A stretch of DNA of 64,000 nt from Orbicella franksi (Eukaryota): positions 44,392,001 to 44,456,000 of the forward strand of contig OZ116698.1 in assembly GCA_964199315.1 (NCBI GenBank). The letters are read 5' to 3'. A program made the position numbers and the translations under genes. The notes beneath the pieces were generated by a model. It was not told the origin of the DNA. It did no database searches and was given only the letters and a program-made list of their open reading frames with translations. Within the stretch, counting starts at the first letter, position 1. Every line of letters starts with the position of its first letter. This document shows, in pieces, positions 60,501 through 64,000 of the stretch.

Positions 60501-62923
60501 AAATTGAACCTTTTTGGTGTCTAAAACTGAAAGACTATTTTAATTGAACAGTTGTTTCAAACATTTCCTATACGTCTTGGTTATCTTAATAATTGGTGTT
60601 AGAGAGAAGAAGCATTATGGTTTTTTTATCACTCAAGTTTGTAGGTACAGAAATAATATCAAAATGTTGATTCAATCTCACTTAAATTTAACGTAGGACT
60701 AGTTTCAGAAAATATCTGGAGAACTAACTTCAACACTTGTTTCAGTATATTTTGGTTTAAATAAGGAGAAAAGGGACAAAAAGAATATTTCATTTACCTC
60801 GATTTTATTTCCTCGAAATTTTTGATCATCTTTGATCAACTCGAATCGTTCACTGCAACTGTATCGGCCGAAAGTTAAAGAGTTATATTACTGAGGTAGC
60901 CTTTTGATTCGGCTCTCTTGAGATGATTAAAGTAAGTTAAAAAAGGAAATTTGAAAAACTTTAAATAACATTTATTTCTTGCTTTTTTATACATACTTTG
61001 AAAGGGAGAGAAATGCGGGCAAATTACATGTGTTTGATACTAGACACAACGAGGGAGATTGAGTGAAATGTAATTTTCTCACGAAAGTTACACAAAAACA
61101 TTTTCACACTTTGCTCCTTGTTCGATTGTTTCGCTGTCAGGGTTAAATTTCACGGAAAATTACACTCTTTGTGAAAAACCAAAATCAAATCCACACGATT
61201 CTTATTCAAGCCAGAAAAAAGTTTTGTTTTCTCCGTGTGGAGCGATAATATAAATTGAAAGGAAAGAAATACAAAGTGTGCGAAACATTGCAGCTGCCCG
61301 AAAATTTGATCTTATTTGTCGACATATTATATTGAAGCAAATTTAATTATTTTTATGTGCTATTCGTACGTGTCGCCATATTCAGTTTGCCAATTGAGCC
61401 ACTTGTAAACGGAAACTGCCTGTTTTCTTCAAGATTCAAATTAGTGAATACTTATTTAAATTTTTGTGATATTTCGTTTACCCAAGATGATACTCTTTCT
61501 ATAATTTTCGGGTTTGTTTTGTATGACTGGGAAAGACACCAAGAGCAGGATTCCAGGCGTAACTGCAATTTGATAAATAGTCAAAACTGCAAATTTAAAT
61601 ACTAATCTTTAAATAGAGCTTCCTTTCAGAACGAACAAACTGTCATTGTCTTTGCCCATCAGAATTTCAATTCTGTTTACGTTGCCTCGACGAAAGTTAA
61701 GTTTTAATTACTGACGTGGAAATTAAGTTCTTATTATTTTTGTCCGGAGGGCTAACTTTCTAAGACGGTTCGCTTAATTCCTAATGATATCACAGCGCTA
61801 TTTTATTTTGCGTCGAGTAAGCTGGAAATTTTAAGAAAACTTTAATGTTATTTGCCGTTGAAAGTCCGTTGTGGGTAGTAACATTTTGTAGACAAACCAA
61901 CTTAAACAGGTGCTTTTTTTGAAAACAACATGACGTCCGCGCCAGAAGAGATAATTCAATTCTTTTATTTCGCGGGGTCGATTTATTTCACGAGACTGTA
62001 AAAAATTACAGCGAAATTTTTATTTGCCTTTGTCAGTATAATTTAGCATTCTTCCAAGCAGGTAAAGTTAAATTCTTTTTAGTTAATGCAATAGACTATT
62101 TTTGGCAGCAAATGGGTTCACCGCCTACAGACAAATTTATTTTTCCTGCTCGCGAATTTATTTTTAATATGTTTTGGTTTTCTTCAAAAATAAATGGCCT
62201 TCTTTGAATTTGTTAACGGTCCACCACCAAACATCAAGTTCAAATCTTAACTGTAAAATTGTTCTTCAAGAAACCACACGAAACAAAAAGAGCTTAAGAA
62301 AAACTTTAGCCTCATGCTGGGAAGCAACGCCCTTGCAGTTCTGAAAATAACAACATATTGCATTTTAATCGGTTGGTTGTTTTATCTCTAGGGAAGAGAC
62401 TGTGAAAACCAATTTTCTCCAAATGAAACTTTAACTCGCTCCCATTTTATTCCGGTGAGACAGGGCGGTTTAGTTAGATGAAAATAAAATTTCCATTTTT
62501 TTTCGTTCAACGAGGTTTGATTATTTTCAAATGAGACTCCACATGTGTGAAAGAAAGATTGTAAAACTACATGGCTTGGAAAATGAAACGTCTTCCGTTT
62601 TGCCGCGGTACTCAAGAACAGTAGCTTGCCGCACGTAGCCTGGGTAATTCCTTACCACACCCTTAAAACTAAGATACGACTGACAGCAGAAAACAACAAA
62701 CCTGGTGAAGTGAACAGCGCTCATCGCAATTCGCTGGAACCTCGACAACTTGGTAAAGTTCCCCACCCAACGGCGCGACCAGGGTGCCATTAGGAAGTCT
62801 CCAAGTCGAGCAGCTTCGTAAGACGTTCTGCGCGTCATGGCAGCTCAGAAATTTACAGCCTGGCGGTAGATATTGCGGAAGGCTTGGCAGGCCGTGAGAT
62901 ACGGGCGAATATTGATAGGTCAT
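57562..62923 (-). CDS. C2H2 zinc-finger transcription factor, 4 tandem fingers with TGE(K/R)P-type linkers; 327 aa
   Basis: Last exon 58172-57562 holds four C-x2-C-x12-H-x3-H fingers (ORF 57562..58134) behind acceptor ccttccAG. Upstream exons 60354-60204 (151 nt, open, AG/GT flanked) and 62923-62702 (ATG with in-frame upstream stops, donor CAG|GTTTGT) join in matching phases 0 and 1. The finger exon is certain; the two upstream exons are likely but lack homology support. Confidence 0.85.
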
Positions 62924-64000
62924 GCTAATCGCTTATTACCCTGGGAAGTAAGAAACCAAAATTAGAAGAAAGGACACATTATTTACGTCTTGAATGTGGT
63001 GAGCATTTTCTCGTGCACAAGACTGGAAAGTAAAACTTAAAGCTCGACATGTGTTGATTTTTATAGACAGACAGCGCTCATTTTTGTGTTATGGGATTCT
63101 TTTTAAAGGTTCATGTCTCGTCTTCCGTCTTCTCATACAGCGAAAACGTAAATTTAAACTACAAAATTACACGTATTTTATGACCGGATACCACGCTTTC
63201 GCTCAAAAACCGTTTAGAATTAATGCTGCAATGTTTAATCATGAATTCGGGCTGAAAGCGACTAGATGGAGCAATTAGTTAGTTACCGGCTGAAAGCGAA
63301 ATGGCAAATTAAAATCTCTCAAAATGGCTAGAGTAAACGACCTACACCAAAATTACTCAGCTAAAACATCTTCCGTCTCATGCAGGTTTGGCACAACTAA
63401 TACTAAAATCGCTAGGATTTACGCGTCGAAGTTGTCGACAAGAAAGAAGTATTACATCTGCTTGAAAAACATGTAGGCTAGGCAAGCCGCTTTAGTTGAG
63501 CAAACAGATAGGAAGTTGGAATAGTAGAGTTCCCTTGGTGCTTGGTATGGCTCTCGCAAACAAGATATCGAGAAATAGGCCGTTCTAATGATAAACGCAA
63601 TAAACCGTGTACATTTTTTTGTACAACGGAGATTGTTACTGGGGGAAATGATAACACGAGCTATTTCGTCTAAGAATTCACTTCAGTAGGAACGTGTTGC
63701 CTTTGAACGCGTTGTAAATTGACGCGTAAAGAATTCTTTTCGAATGTTATAAAAACGTCTAGTTTCGCTACCGTTTTAAGAATTTAGAAATCGGAACAGC
63801 AGTAAAAGGCTAGAAAAAGATAAAAGTGTCTTGACACCTCTGAAATAAAACCTATTGCGATGAGATAAAGCGAGATAAAAATCAAAATTCTTGTACTGTT
63901 ACTTAAAAAAACAAAAATCAACTAAAAAGAAAATGAGCAAAAACAGTGAAGTATAAAGTACCTGGTATGATGATATTCGAACTGTACAGAACGTAAACTC

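Overview
AT-rich animal genomic DNA with spliceosomal introns. The repeat families (tRNA-derived SINEs, short palindromic MITEs, Penelope-type tails) look anthozoan, most likely a stony coral; this is an inference from recognised repeats, not a search. Three spliced protein-coding genes could be rebuilt by hand. (1) The 3' six coding exons of PRCC (+, 1075-4442). (2) A complete 22-coding-exon subgroup-B (pentameric, TSP-3/4/COMP-like) thrombospondin (-, 18580-7707, 975 aa), convergent with PRCC, with one GC-AG intron. (3) A 3-coding-exon, 4-finger C2H2 zinc-finger gene (-, 62923-57562, 327 aa). A ~39 kb gap (18.6-57.5 kb) has no recognisable intact gene but many repeats. The best signal is at 50307-50746: a small non-coding retroelement carrying type I hammerhead ribozymes (retrozyme-like, 217-nt monomer). 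It has a 12-bp target-site duplication, 1.4 tandem monomers on the minus strand and an inverted partial monomer with an intact hammerhead on the plus strand. The junctions fit target-primed reverse transcription with twin priming on a circular or multimeric RNA. Two further Penelope-type minimal hammerheads (56357, 25347) and an unexpected sequence resemblance between SINE 3' tails and the retrozyme catalytic core are also reported. All gene models and RNA folds were derived by eye; no searches or folding programs were run.
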